NCBI GenBank assembly: GCA_902612965.1
Contig: CACMFN010000004.1
Span: forward strand, 90,355 to 154,354
Reading direction: 5' to 3'
Source of the DNA: an uncultured SAR116 cluster alpha proteobacterium
Lineage (GTDB): Bacteria > Pseudomonadota > Alphaproteobacteria > Puniceispirillales > GCA-002684695
DNA: 64,000 nucleotides
This document shows, in pieces, positions 1 through 9,274 of the stretch (its first letter is position 1; every line of letters starts with the position of its first letter). The notes below the pieces were generated by a model. It was given only the letters and a program-made list of their open reading frames with translations, was not told the DNA's origin and ran no database searches. A program made the translations under genes and the position numbers.

Positions 1-548
1 CTTGGCTGATAAGAGATTTTCCCACCTGAGATCAGTTTTTTAAAACAATCAAAATGCTCATCATTTAATTGTGAAAATTCATATGCTGTGAGATAGCCTA
101 ATTTTTTTTGGTAATTAGAAGAGATTCTACCACTTATAGAAAAGGCTGATGTGCAAATTAGGCGTTGTGATATATGTTTATAAGTGCCTGCTCTTTCAGT
201 TATTGCAAAAAAAGTGCTCACTTCATTTAATCCAACATTAACATCTGGATCTTGATGAAATTTACATTGTATTGCCCAAAATTTATTATTTGTATCTTCA
301 GCAATAATATCTATGCCTATCTCTGGTTCAGGAAGGTTGAGAAGGTCTATAACTCTTTGAGGTACCTCATGATGAAGCCAAACATTTCGTAATGAAGTTT
401 TGTATAAAGGGTCTGACAAAAGGTGAAGTTTAACTAAAAGCTCAAATGCGTCACCTTTTTGTTTTTTAAACTCTGGCCCTGAGCCTAATTCGTCTAGAGC
501 TCCAACAAATTCATTCCAATTATTTGAATTGTTTATAATCTTGTTCAT
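1..548 (-). CDS. Partial CDS (N-terminal ~182 aa; gene continues beyond the window start). Mrr-like PD-(D/E)XK nuclease domain of the kind found at the N-terminus of large helicase / Type ISP-like restriction proteins
   Basis: My own minus-strand translation from ATG at 548 gives MNKIINNSNNWNEFVGALDELGSGPEFKKQKGDAFELLVKLHLL...GIDIIAEDTNNKFWAIQCKFHQD. The GDAFE...GIDxxAE...AIQCKF pattern matches the D/ExK core of that domain. The frame stays open to position 1. It is absent from the ORF track because it is truncated. Confidence 0.55.
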   Translation of the reverse strand, partial: MNKIINNSNNWNEFVGALDELGSGPEFKKQKGDAFELLVKLHLLSDPLYKTSLRNVWLHHEVPQRVIDLLNLPEPEIGIDIIAEDTNNKFWAIQCKFHQDPDVNVGLNEVSTFFAITERAGTYKHISQRLICTSAFSISGRISSNYQKKLGYLTAYEFSQLNDEHFDCFKKLISGGKISYQP

Positions 549-685
549 TTCAATATTTTAAAACCATATACATTTCATATTTTTTTATTTTAACAAATTA
601 CTTTAAAAAAATATTTTTTGTTTTCAAAAATAAATTTATAAATACAACATAAAAAATAAAAATCAACGTAAATATATTTTTTATG

Positions 686-714
686 TTGACCAACTTAAAT
701 TAATGTTCTATTAA
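686..714 (+). promoter_or_regulatory. Putative sigma70-type promoter for the 741-2433 operon
   Basis: TTGACC (686-691), a 17-nt spacer, then TATTAA (709-714). AGGAG at 731-735 follows, then ATG at 741. In DNA this AT-rich such matches can arise by chance. Confidence 0.35.
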
Positions 715-740
715 GAATGAAATACTTTACAGGAGCTTTT

Positions 741-1409
741 ATGAAAAATTTAAAAATTGAAAATCATTTTACATGTAAAATTGATAATCCAATGCATGCA
801 GGGAAGAAATATGGCTTCTATCTTAATGGTTTTGGATATCATTCTGGTGATAGTTTCTTTGAAATTCTTCGCTCATTTATTTACTTCAACCCTTTGAGGC
901 ATCCATCCAATGATAAAATGCTTCTTAGAGCAACTATCAGTCATAATATTCTTAATGATTATAATTGTGGATCAAAAGCAAATGATTGGTTCAGTAGTAT
1001 CAGATTTGTTAAAGAAAAACATTTTGAACATTGGGCAAAACTTGTTGTTAGAGAAATGTATGAAAAGGAAATTATTTCTCCATTTGCTTATTACTATTTT
1101 GAGAATGGCAGCACTGGTGTGATGCCTTTTTATTTTAGAGGCAAAAATTCAAAAGAGGTTTTTAAAAGTTTAGCCTTCCATCATTTTAGACTCTATGGTG
1201 GTGAAGCGTATGGAATCAATACTCCTAGTAATTTCATTAAAAAATTCAAAGAGTTCTGTATTAGATTTTTTGGAATCAATTCATCTATTGATAATTGCTC
1301 AAGATTTCTATCTGAGGTAACTGGAACGACTAACTTAATCAAAAAAGTGAAACCGAAAGATGTATATTTGAACTCAAGATATTATAAAAGGAGAAATCTA
1401 GTTGTTTAA
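741..1409 (+). CDS. Hypothetical protein, no recognisable motif; first gene of a three-gene operon
   Basis: The ORF track gives 717..1409. I prefer ATG 741 because AGGAG (731-735) sits 5 nt upstream and the predicted -10 ends at 714. The stop overlaps the next gene's TTG start (1402). Confidence 0.55.
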   Translation: MKNLKIENHFTCKIDNPMHAGKKYGFYLNGFGYHSGDSFFEILRSFIYFNPLRHPSNDKMLLRATISHNILNDYNCGSKANDWFSSIRFVKEKHFEHWAKLVVREMYEKEIISPFAYYYFENGSTGVMPFYFRGKNSKEVFKSLAFHHFRLYGGEAYGINTPSNFIKKFKEFCIRFFGINSSIDNCSRFLSEVTGTTNLIKKVKPKDVYLNSRYYKRRNLVV

Positions 1410-2031
1410 AAAAATTGATAATTGGAGTGGATCAAGAAAAGACCTAATAGATATTATATCAAACTTTGAAAAAAAGGACCCAAAAAAGTTTGGTATGTTT
1501 TCAAAAAAAACAGGGAATTTTTTACCAGTTAATTCAAGACGCATACAACAATTTATAGACCAGGGAATATTAATCAATCCAGAAGTAAGTAGAGAAGGAT
1601 ATATATATAATTCTGATCATTTTTTCAGATATATGGGTGCTATTTTTTTAAGAAATGCAGGGCATCCAATAAAGCAAATTGTAAAAATTCTATTTTCTTA
1701 CGAAATAGAAGACGTAAAAGAAAAAATTCTTGGAATTGATGAAACAGGAAATAGAATTAATAATATTGAAGAAAAAGAAATCAATTACTTTATAAGTGAT
1801 AATGATATTCCGGAAAAATTAAAAAAACTGGGAAGAGTAGAAGGTAGGGTACTCAGAAGCCAGTGGTTAAGATTTGCTGTTACTAACTGGTTTAATGTTG
1901 AAGTTAAAAAGAAAGAGCTTAAAAATTTAAGTGATGACGACATCACAGTTTTAGGTAAAGCATTTGTAATGTCATTAAAAGAAACAGTTAGACTTGCAAA
2001 AAATGGAAAGATTGATGGGAAGATTAATTAG
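1402..2031 (+). CDS. MerR-like HTH protein (putative)
   Basis: TTG start is preceded by AGGAG (1389-1393). Residues RRIQQFIDQGILINPEVSREGYIYNSDHFFRYMGAIFLRNAGHPIKQIVKIL follow the MerR pattern (R-Y-GLL-P-R-G-R-Y, then a G-sl-I helix). It is translationally coupled to both neighbours. Confidence 0.45.
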   Translation: MFKKIDNWSGSRKDLIDIISNFEKKDPKKFGMFSKKTGNFLPVNSRRIQQFIDQGILINPEVSREGYIYNSDHFFRYMGAIFLRNAGHPIKQIVKILFSYEIEDVKEKILGIDETGNRINNIEEKEINYFISDNDIPEKLKKLGRVEGRVLRSQWLRFAVTNWFNVEVKKKELKNLSDDDITVLGKAFVMSLKETVRLAKNGKIDGKIN

Positions 2032-2433
2032 ATGCTTTACCTAGCTTATGGATCAAATTTAAATAAAAAACAGATGAGTAAAAGGTGCCCTAAAGCAAAG
2101 CCTATTGGGTCACTGATTTTATCAGGATATAAGCTAGAGTTTCGAAGAGTAGCTACTATCAAACATACAAAAAAACCAGAGGATAAGTTAGGTTGTGGTT
2201 TATGGGATATTACAACTGCATGTGAAAGTTCTTTGGATATTTATGAAGGCTTTCCAACTGTCTATTCAAAAAAAATTATTAAATTAGATGATGGTAGAAA
2301 TGTAATGACTTATATTATGAATAATGGTGAGATAAGCCCTCCTTCATTAAAATATTTTAATACCATTAGGGAAGGCTTTAAAGATTTTGATTTACCTAAA
2401 AATCTTTTATTAGCAGATAGCAATATTGTTTAA
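2032..2433 (+). CDS. Gamma-glutamylcyclotransferase (GGCT/AIG2-like) family protein
   Basis: N-terminal LAYGSNLNKKQM (the YGSNL motif) and SLDIYEGFP (catalytic Glu context). Its 133 aa is typical of the fold. The start abuts the previous stop (2031/2032). Confidence 0.7.
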   Translation: MLYLAYGSNLNKKQMSKRCPKAKPIGSLILSGYKLEFRRVATIKHTKKPEDKLGCGLWDITTACESSLDIYEGFPTVYSKKIIKLDDGRNVMTYIMNNGEISPPSLKYFNTIREGFKDFDLPKNLLLADSNIV

Positions 2434-2939
2434 TTGATTGATCGAAGATAAGCTGCTTCGATAAAATCTTTTCTTTTGGCAATTTCGGTACACAATCTAT
2501 CTGCAACTGGTTTAATTCCAACTCTGCCAAGGTCAAGTCTGTCAGAGTCCCAGCAAGTCTGGATAGTAATATCACCGTCAATTAAGCCATCAGAATGATA
2601 CCTGCATGCCTCTACTAACAAATCTCTTTCCTGCTTATTAATATTTAACCATTCTTCATAGATGGTCATTATATAATCTGCAGCTTTTCTTCCGTGCTCT
2701 AAATCAAAATTATCATTATCTCTTTTACAATCATGAATAATTGCGAAGAGTTCTACAACATTTATATTAGCACCATTTTCTTTTGCTATCATTCTTCCAT
2801 TGTAAAGGACACGAAGCCAATGATCTTTTCCGTGTATGACAGAGTCACCAAGAGGGAATTGTTTAAAAAGATGATCAAATAATTTATAGGTAATAACTTT
2901 CGATTTTTCTATTTCAAGACTATAAATCGGCATTTCCAT
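2430..2939 (-). CDS. HD-domain metal-dependent phosphohydrolase
   Basis: HGKDHWLRV...FAIIHDCKRDND...CWDSDRLDLGRVG gives the H...HD...D pattern. Convergent with the GGCT gene, with a 4-nt overlap. Confidence 0.7.
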   Translation of the reverse strand: MEMPIYSLEIEKSKVITYKLFDHLFKQFPLGDSVIHGKDHWLRVLYNGRMIAKENGANINVVELFAIIHDCKRDNDNFDLEHGRKAADYIMTIYEEWLNINKQERDLLVEACRYHSDGLIDGDITIQTCWDSDRLDLGRVGIKPVADRLCTEIAKRKDFIEAAYLRSIN

Positions 2940-3060
2940 AAATAATAACTATGGATTAAACAAAGTTATTTCAATAAACAAAAATAAATAAATATTATTT
3001 TGTCACATTCCAAAGTTTTCATAGTTCCTTTTAAACAAGCTTGGCAAAAGGGACAAAAAT

Positions 3061-3579
3061 ATGAAAAATTTCACTCTACTTTTAATTTCACTATTCAGTA
3101 TAGTAACCCCCCTGAAAGTATTTTCAGAAGAATGGCTTTTAATTCTAAAGGATTTTGAGTGTGTTAACGAAAGGGGTAAATTTTGCTATATAGGATTAAA
3201 AAACCAGAATGACAATTCTACATTTTTATCAGAAATAAATATTCAAAGGCATGCATTCAAAGAATTTAAGCTCACTTTGTTTGTTGAATATATAAATTCA
3301 GATGTTTTGGAAATATTCATAAATAATAAAAAGTATTACTTTAAAAATAATTATTCACGTGGATATCTATCAAAGTATGTAGAAGAAATTATTACAAACA
3401 AAAATATTGTTGATGGTTATTATTCAGAGAACCATCTATTTAAAGTCGGCACATTTGAAAGAGTAATAATAAAAACAAATCAAAATACATTTATGATCAA
3501 AATCTGGGATAATCTGGAAAGACTGGAATTTTATGTATATTATAAAGATGAAAAACTGACTTATAATATGAAGATTTAA
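3061..3579 (+). CDS. Hypothetical secreted protein
   Basis: N-terminal signal-like MKNFTLLLISLFSIVTPLKVFSEE. No catalytic motif recognised. Confidence 0.5.
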   Translation: MKNFTLLLISLFSIVTPLKVFSEEWLLILKDFECVNERGKFCYIGLKNQNDNSTFLSEINIQRHAFKEFKLTLFVEYINSDVLEIFINNKKYYFKNNYSRGYLSKYVEEIITNKNIVDGYYSENHLFKVGTFERVIIKTNQNTFMIKIWDNLERLEFYVYYKDEKLTYNMKI

Positions 3580-3699
3580 TTCATAACCAAACTCTTAATT
3601 AAGTTTAATTATCTCCTCCTGTTTTTTCCCCCATTAGAGCAGCTTATATAATTTTAACTAATAAATTCAAGCAATATACAGTAGAGTATAAAAAAAATA

Positions 3700-3766
3700 T
3701 TGCAAACTGACTAATATAAACTTAAAAAGAATGTATCCTGATATATCAGGGTAAATAACAGGATAC
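3700..3766 (+). promoter_or_regulatory. Putative promoter plus palindromic operator of the methyltransferase gene
   Basis: TTGCAA (3700-3705), 17 nt, then TAAAAA (3723-3728). A perfect 14-bp palindrome CCTGATATATCAGG lies at 3737-3750. GTATCCTG (3733-3740) is repeated in inverted form as CAGGATAC (3759-3766), ending 2 nt before ATG 3769. Confidence 0.5.
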
Positions 3767-3768
3767 TT

Positions 3769-5043
3769 ATGGATAAAGGTCAGTTAATAAAATTAAAGAG
3801 AAATAGTCTTGGATTGTCTCAAAAACAGATGGCCATGCTTTTGCAGTTAAATGAAACTGGTGAAAGAACTGTTCGCGGTTGGGAAAACAATGAACATGAA
3901 CCTTCTGATGAAGTCCTCATTAAACTAAAAAATCTTAAGATGGATTTTCCCTATTCCAGAAAAGAGTTTCATAATGGTCTGAAAATAATAGATCTTTTTG
4001 CAGGTATTGGTGGTATGCGACTAGCTTTTCAAAATCAGAATTGTCACTGTGTCTTTTCTTCTGAATTTGATAAATACTGTCAGAAAACTTATTACGCAAA
4101 TTTTGGTGAATACCCTGAAGGGGATATAAATGATTTTACGCCTGCAAAAGATAAAATCCCCGACCATGATATTTTATTGGCAGGATTTCCGTGTCAGGCA
4201 TTTTCACAAGCTGGACTTAAAAAGGGTTTTGAGGATACAAGAGGAACACTTTTTTATGAAATCCAGAGAATTCTTGTTGCTAAAAGGCCAAGAATGTTTC
4301 TGCTTGAAAATGTAAAACAATTAAAAGGAAACGACCGCGGAAAAACTCTCAAAATTATTATGAATATCCTAAGAGGTCTCGATCAGGATATAGATCCTTC
4401 TATTGAAATGTCCAAAGAAGCCAGAATGGCTCTTGGAAAAAAACTTAATTACTATTGTGACTTTAAAATACTGAGAAGTAGAGATTTTGGATTACCTCAG
4501 AACCGTGAAAGATTATATATAGTCGGATTTGATAAAAATTTTTATAAAGGAAAAATTAAAAAAACAAAGCTTCTTGAAGATGAAGACGAAATTTTTTCCA
4601 TGTTTAAATGGCCTACGCCTTTGAAAGGTATAAGAACTTCTGTTCAGCAAATTCTGGAAGATAACAAAAAAATTGATTCAAAATTTACTATTTCCCAAAA
4701 ATTACTTGATGGTCATATTAGAAGAAAAGAAGAGCACAGAGAAAAAGGAAATGGTTTTGGTTTTTCGGAATTTGATAATACTGATAGCTACACAAATACT
4801 ATTAGTGCCAGATATTACAAAGATGGTAGTGAAATATTAATCAAACAGAAAAACAAAAGACCAAGAAAATTAACACCACGTGAGTGTGCAAGACTTCAAG
4901 GTTATCCAGAAGATTTTATTATTGACCAGGTTTCTGACAATCAGATTTATAAGCAGTTTGGAAATTCGGTAAGTGTTCCAGTAGTAGAAGAGATTGCGAA
5001 AAGTATGCTTCACTTTGATCATACATATAATTTAATTTTCTAA
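3769..5043 (+). CDS. DNA (cytosine-5)-methyltransferase with N-terminal XRE-type HTH domain (SsoII/EcoRII-like architecture)
   Basis: HTH: LKRNSLGLSQKQMAMLLQLNETGERTVRGWE. C5-MTase motifs: I DLFAGIGG, IV GFPCQAFS, VI LLENVKQL, VIII QNRERLYIVGF, X QFGNSVSVP. Confidence 0.95.
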   Translation: MDKGQLIKLKRNSLGLSQKQMAMLLQLNETGERTVRGWENNEHEPSDEVLIKLKNLKMDFPYSRKEFHNGLKIIDLFAGIGGMRLAFQNQNCHCVFSSEFDKYCQKTYYANFGEYPEGDINDFTPAKDKIPDHDILLAGFPCQAFSQAGLKKGFEDTRGTLFYEIQRILVAKRPRMFLLENVKQLKGNDRGKTLKIIMNILRGLDQDIDPSIEMSKEARMALGKKLNYYCDFKILRSRDFGLPQNRERLYIVGFDKNFYKGKIKKTKLLEDEDEIFSMFKWPTPLKGIRTSVQQILEDNKKIDSKFTISQKLLDGHIRRKEEHREKGNGFGFSEFDNTDSYTNTISARYYKDGSEILIKQKNKRPRKLTPRECARLQGYPEDFIIDQVSDNQIYKQFGNSVSVPVVEEIAKSMLHFDHTYNLIF

Positions 5044-5055
5044 GTTTTTAGAAAT

Positions 5056-5670
5056 TTAAAATTCTGAAGTATTTAACAGTATAGTTGAGCTTGTTCTCTC
5101 TGAAATAAGAGATTTTTTTAAATCACTACCAAAGTTATTTATTGGTCTTATAAGTTTTTTTTCATAATGATTATTAAGATTTATCGCTTCTGTTGATAGC
5201 TCCGATATTGTGCTTGATGGCATATAGATAGCTAAAAATCCTCTAAATAAATAAGCTTTGAGACGCTCTTCGCTAAACTCTTTTGGATCATCAAATCTTC
5301 CCCAGCCAATAGTTGGAGCATGAAGTGACCCAGTTCCACTAACCAGAAGTCTTTCTTTGGTTTTAAAGCTTTTTACAGATATAATTGTGGAAAGTGGGTA
5401 ACTCATGATTCCAAAATCACCCAACCACTGATATTTTTTTTGTGTCAATTTATACCATGATTTAGGCATATATCCTTCGAGCGCCAGTTGAACCAATCGT
5501 TCATTGATAGTGCCTGTTGTCTTTACATTCATTGGTTTAGGAAGAGAAGCATTTAACGAGTCCAATTCTAAATTAATTTCATCAAGTCGGTTATATTTCT
5601 CTTCCGGGCTAAGACTATCTATCCCAAGTTTTGTATAAACTTCCTTTAGATATTTATCTGCTTGTGACAT
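5056..5670 (-). CDS. Candidate Type II restriction endonuclease (cognate of the adjacent MTase)
   Basis: Called on position (between the MTase and vsr, convergent with the MTase) and a possible PD-(D/E)XK-like GDFGIMSYPLSTIISVKSFK (D...S-x-K). I recognise no named family. Confidence 0.4.
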   Translation of the reverse strand: MSQADKYLKEVYTKLGIDSLSPEEKYNRLDEINLELDSLNASLPKPMNVKTTGTINERLVQLALEGYMPKSWYKLTQKKYQWLGDFGIMSYPLSTIISVKSFKTKERLLVSGTGSLHAPTIGWGRFDDPKEFSEERLKAYLFRGFLAIYMPSSTISELSTEAINLNNHYEKKLIRPINNFGSDLKKSLISERTSSTILLNTSEF

Positions 5671-5742
5671 ATTCTAGAAATACCTGAATAATTTTGATGT
5701 TGGAATAAAAATTTTAAAACCTTTAATAATGAGTTTAAGCTA

Positions 5743-6171
5743 TTGGATATTGTATCTGTAAAAAAAAGAAGCCAGATGATGTCTGGTATAAAATCAAAAA
5801 ACACAAAACCTGAGATAATAGTAAGAAAGCATCTTTATTCTTTAGGATACAGATATAGGATAAATTTCAAAATATTTGGAATCAGGCCTGATATTGTTCT
5901 TCCTAAATGGAAGTGCTGTATATTTGTTCATGGATGTTATTGGCATAAACATAAAAACTGCAAGCTTGCAAGCTCTCCTAAAAGCAATGTTGAGTTCTGG
6001 AACAAAAAATTCGCTGATAATATTTCTCGAGACCAAAGAAACAAAAAAAAAATAGAGAGTGAAAACTGGACAATTGGAGTTATCTGGGAGTGTGCAGTTA
6101 GAAGAAAAATAATTTATAATATAGACTTCTCTAAATATCTCAGTTCACCATCATCATGGTCGATTGGTTAA
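5743..6171 (+). CDS. vsr: Very short patch repair endonuclease
   Basis: KKRSQMMSGIKSKNTKPEIIVRKHLYSLGYRYR...RPDIVLPKWKCCIFVHGCYWHKH are Vsr hallmarks. TTG start as in the ORF track. Confidence 0.9.
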   Translation: MDIVSVKKRSQMMSGIKSKNTKPEIIVRKHLYSLGYRYRINFKIFGIRPDIVLPKWKCCIFVHGCYWHKHKNCKLASSPKSNVEFWNKKFADNISRDQRNKKKIESENWTIGVIWECAVRRKIIYNIDFSKYLSSPSSWSIG

Positions 6172-8234
6172 TTTTGTTTTGTTTCAGCTTTAAATCCTAA
6201 TGATTTAGCTTCTTTGAGAGCTTTGGCAACTATAACTGCCTGTTTAGGAGTTGCTTCTTTGCCTTTATTTTTTGCAACACCTACACTGTAAATAATTTTT
6301 CTTTGCCATCCTTCAAGGTTTCCTGTTTCTTTAGACCATGTATTCAAAATGGAGAGTATTTCGGCTGATGTATTTGACAAATGTTGAAGAGCTTCTTCTT
6401 GCTCTTTAGTTTTTTCAAACTCAACAGGTATTTCTTTATCTTTCTCTTTTGCCTTTTTAAAGTTCACTGGAAGATCTAGTTTTTTTTCAATGAGGAAATT
6501 CCAAAGAGACTTCCCATTTGACTTTCTTCCTTTAGCAACTTCACTTGGATTTAGATCTTGAAAGTTAGTAGATAAAACTTCTCCAACTTTAGGAGCAAGT
6601 ATACGAATATTCTCATACCATTCTTCTGGTGGTGACTGTTTTCTCCAAACTTCCAAAATATCTAATCTCATCTCAGATAAGTTAGATAACCATGAAATTG
6701 TATAGTTAGTGATAACACCAGGGAAACCCATACCTAAGTCTTCTTTTCTAATTTGTCTGAATGTTTCCTTATAAAGGATTATCATCGCAACCAATTTTTG
6801 AAAGGATGTTTGAGGGTCATTTTTATCAAAAATTCTTTTTTCTTTCTCTATATTTTCTAGAAATATTTTATGATATTTTTCACTCCCAAGACTTACATCT
6901 TCAACTTGCTGATTCCATACACCCCAGCATTTTGCAAGGAGTGTCTTATCAATTTTCTGGTTTCTTGGGTACGTTTTTTCAAAGCTTTTCTTCTTGGCAA
7001 CAGTTTTAAACATTGAGACTTCATCAGCATAACTACCTTTTGCTCTCTCAAAAAACCACTTTGTATCTATTTGATAATTCTCAGGTGAGGGGGCGAATAC
7101 CGATCGTGAAAGTTTTTCGATTTCCTGATATATATTATTATGAGCTGCAAGATCACTTCGATTTATTCTATTCTGACTATTTGAAAATTCAGAAATTTTT
7201 GGTGACAACTCGTCAACCTTACTCTCATTCAGTACGCAAAGCTTCATGGCGACTGATATTTTGCTAATATCAAGTTTATGAACATACTTTGCTCTAAATA
7301 ATGCATTCGTGGTTTGACCTCCATTAACAATTTGAAAATTATTAAGGCTAAGTATTTCTGAGTAATTTTCGTTATTGAACTCAGCAGAAGATGCAACCGA
7401 TGTAAGTCCATTATTATATGCAAGGAATCTTTCAGGTTCATCTTCAATAGTTTTTAGCATGTTTCTGTTAACCAATTGCTTGAAAGATAAAAATGCCCTG
7501 ACATTTCTTTCAAGTAGTTTTGAACCATAAGCTTTATAAATATCAGCAATTACATCTGCTGGGACTATTGTTAGAAAAACCTGAAAATCATCAACATTAT
7601 TTCCAACACTGCATTTTAATGAATGAATATTATAATCTGTAAAATTTACATCAGTTGATCTATCAACTTTCCCGGAACTTTTCCAATTGAAAAACCTTTT
7701 AAGATCCCAAATATTAACTTGAATATTCTTGCCATCTAACTCCAAGTCTTCGGTTATTTCCTGGCTACTTAGCCCATTAGTTAAGACAAAGATTCTTATA
7801 TTTACAACATCATCCCAGAAATGTTTTATTGTACTTAAAACACCAAGATTATTGATTTTATGATCAATGGATATGTCATCATTTTTATTATTGATGGTTC
7901 TCTCAAGAAATGTATTTACTCTCTTTACAAGTATTTCATTTTCACTCTTAGGTATTGTGTATAGATCACTTGTTCGTTTGTAAGCGGTGATAAAAAGGTC
8001 CAATCTATTATCGGTATCAAGATAATGGCACCCATGTATTGCCTGACCTCTTGTTTCCAAAGTGCTAGGTTGAATATCTTCTTCAATCTCCTCAGTAGAG
8101 ATTAGAACATCGGATGCCCATTGCAAAAATTTCTCATGTGGGAGCCCACCTTCCTCCTCCATTTCAACCATTGAGTCAACTTCGTGATTTATAGTAGATA
8201 AAAAATCTTTTAATTTTATTTTTTGATCTTCCAT
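6168..8234 (-). CDS. AIPR (abortive-infection phage-resistance) family protein; last gene of the Mza-like cassette
   Basis: LLERNVRAFLSFKQLVNRNMLKTI, RFLAYNNGLTSVA and FQIVNGGQTTNAL match the AIPR core signature. Confidence 0.85.
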   Translation of the reverse strand: MEDQKIKLKDFLSTINHEVDSMVEMEEEGGLPHEKFLQWASDVLISTEEIEEDIQPSTLETRGQAIHGCHYLDTDNRLDLFITAYKRTSDLYTIPKSENEILVKRVNTFLERTINNKNDDISIDHKINNLGVLSTIKHFWDDVVNIRIFVLTNGLSSQEITEDLELDGKNIQVNIWDLKRFFNWKSSGKVDRSTDVNFTDYNIHSLKCSVGNNVDDFQVFLTIVPADVIADIYKAYGSKLLERNVRAFLSFKQLVNRNMLKTIEDEPERFLAYNNGLTSVASSAEFNNENYSEILSLNNFQIVNGGQTTNALFRAKYVHKLDISKISVAMKLCVLNESKVDELSPKISEFSNSQNRINRSDLAAHNNIYQEIEKLSRSVFAPSPENYQIDTKWFFERAKGSYADEVSMFKTVAKKKSFEKTYPRNQKIDKTLLAKCWGVWNQQVEDVSLGSEKYHKIFLENIEKEKRIFDKNDPQTSFQKLVAMIILYKETFRQIRKEDLGMGFPGVITNYTISWLSNLSEMRLDILEVWRKQSPPEEWYENIRILAPKVGEVLSTNFQDLNPSEVAKGRKSNGKSLWNFLIEKKLDLPVNFKKAKEKDKEIPVEFEKTKEQEEALQHLSNTSAEILSILNTWSKETGNLEGWQRKIIYSVGVAKNKGKEATPKQAVIVAKALKEAKSLGFKAETKQN

Positions 8235-9274
8235 TAAACTGACCCGCCCATAAAGCTTGTGTCTCTTGAAATAATGCTATTAATACAACTTTCGGAGAAA
8301 ACAACATAATCTTTTATTTTGATAGATGGCATAAATTGCTGTGGTATTATCTTGGGAAACTTTTCATCAACTAGGTATGTATAATCTTTATGATATATAA
8401 GTTTTACTCCTTCATTTTCATAATACTCATGATGAAAAAAATGATAACCATATGATGCAAGCAAATGATCAAACTTTACAATTGTAGAATTTGAATGGCC
8501 TAGTTTAGTTTTAATTTTATTTACATAAAAATTTATGTTCTTTCCGTTTTCATCTATTTCCATAACTGGATTAATAAGGTAGAGCTGTTTACCTTTTTCA
8601 ATTTCAAGCTGATCTTCACCATGTATGTTAAATTTCCTATCAAAATCCCCAATTGAAGTTTTAACTTCAATCGAGCCTTTTGAAAGACTAAAATCATGCT
8701 TCCCTCTCAGTGGTCCTTTCCATGCTTTTAAAAAGTCATCCTTGGAACCCTTTAAGTTTGAAATTAATTCATCTAAAACGAAAAGTTCTCCAATGAGACC
8801 TATTTGTCCCTCTTCAGATAAGGGGAGTTTGTTATTTGAAAAAAATAATTTCCAGAGCTCAAGTGTTTGCATGAAAATTTGACTTATTCTTCTCTGGGTA
8901 TCCAGATTATTTAATCTCTGCATAATGTCATGGATTAGATTAATAAATATATTTTCATCAAAGTTTCGATTTAGTTCTACTAAAGTGCCTTTCAGGTTAT
9001 ATTGTTCAATTGTTTTAAAATTAATGCCTTTAATTCTGGGCATTACTGGTAGGATTAAATTTTCATTGTTTATAAAAACGCCTAAAGCCAGAGACCATTC
9101 TGAGGAACTTTTCTCTACATAAATTAATAGTCTTAATTTTTCATTAGCATGAGATATTTTTCTATAAGCTTTTGTTTTACCTGAGCTGATAAGATCTTGT
9201 TTTATGTTTTCTATTATAAAAGAAATATTATTTTTATTCTTCATCTTCAAATTCTTCGATATTATCAACTTCAT
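8234..9274 (-). CDS. PD-(D/E)XK motif protein (nuclease-fold)
   Basis: GELFVLDEL...GKHDFSLSKGSIEVKTS gives E...D-x8-E-x-K. The start may be the second Met (9244), which would reduce the overlap with the Z1 gene. 1-nt stop/start overlap with the AIPR gene. Confidence 0.7.
   Translation of the reverse strand: MKLIISKNLKMKNKNNISFIIENIKQDLISSGKTKAYRKISHANEKLRLLIYVEKSSSEWSLALGVFINNENLILPVMPRIKGINFKTIEQYNLKGTLVELNRNFDENIFINLIHDIMQRLNNLDTQRRISQIFMQTLELWKLFFSNNKLPLSEEGQIGLIGELFVLDELISNLKGSKDDFLKAWKGPLRGKHDFSLSKGSIEVKTSIGDFDRKFNIHGEDQLEIEKGKQLYLINPVMEIDENGKNINFYVNKIKTKLGHSNSTIVKFDHLLASYGYHFFHHEYYENEGVKLIYHKDYTYLVDEKFPKIIPQQFMPSIKIKDYVVFSESCINSIISRDTSFMGGSV

Noticed and set aside
717-740. Upstream ATG (717) given in the ORF track for the first operon gene
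   Set aside because: It lies inside or immediately after the predicted -10 element and lacks a ribosome-binding site. ATG 741 has AGGAG at the correct spacing.
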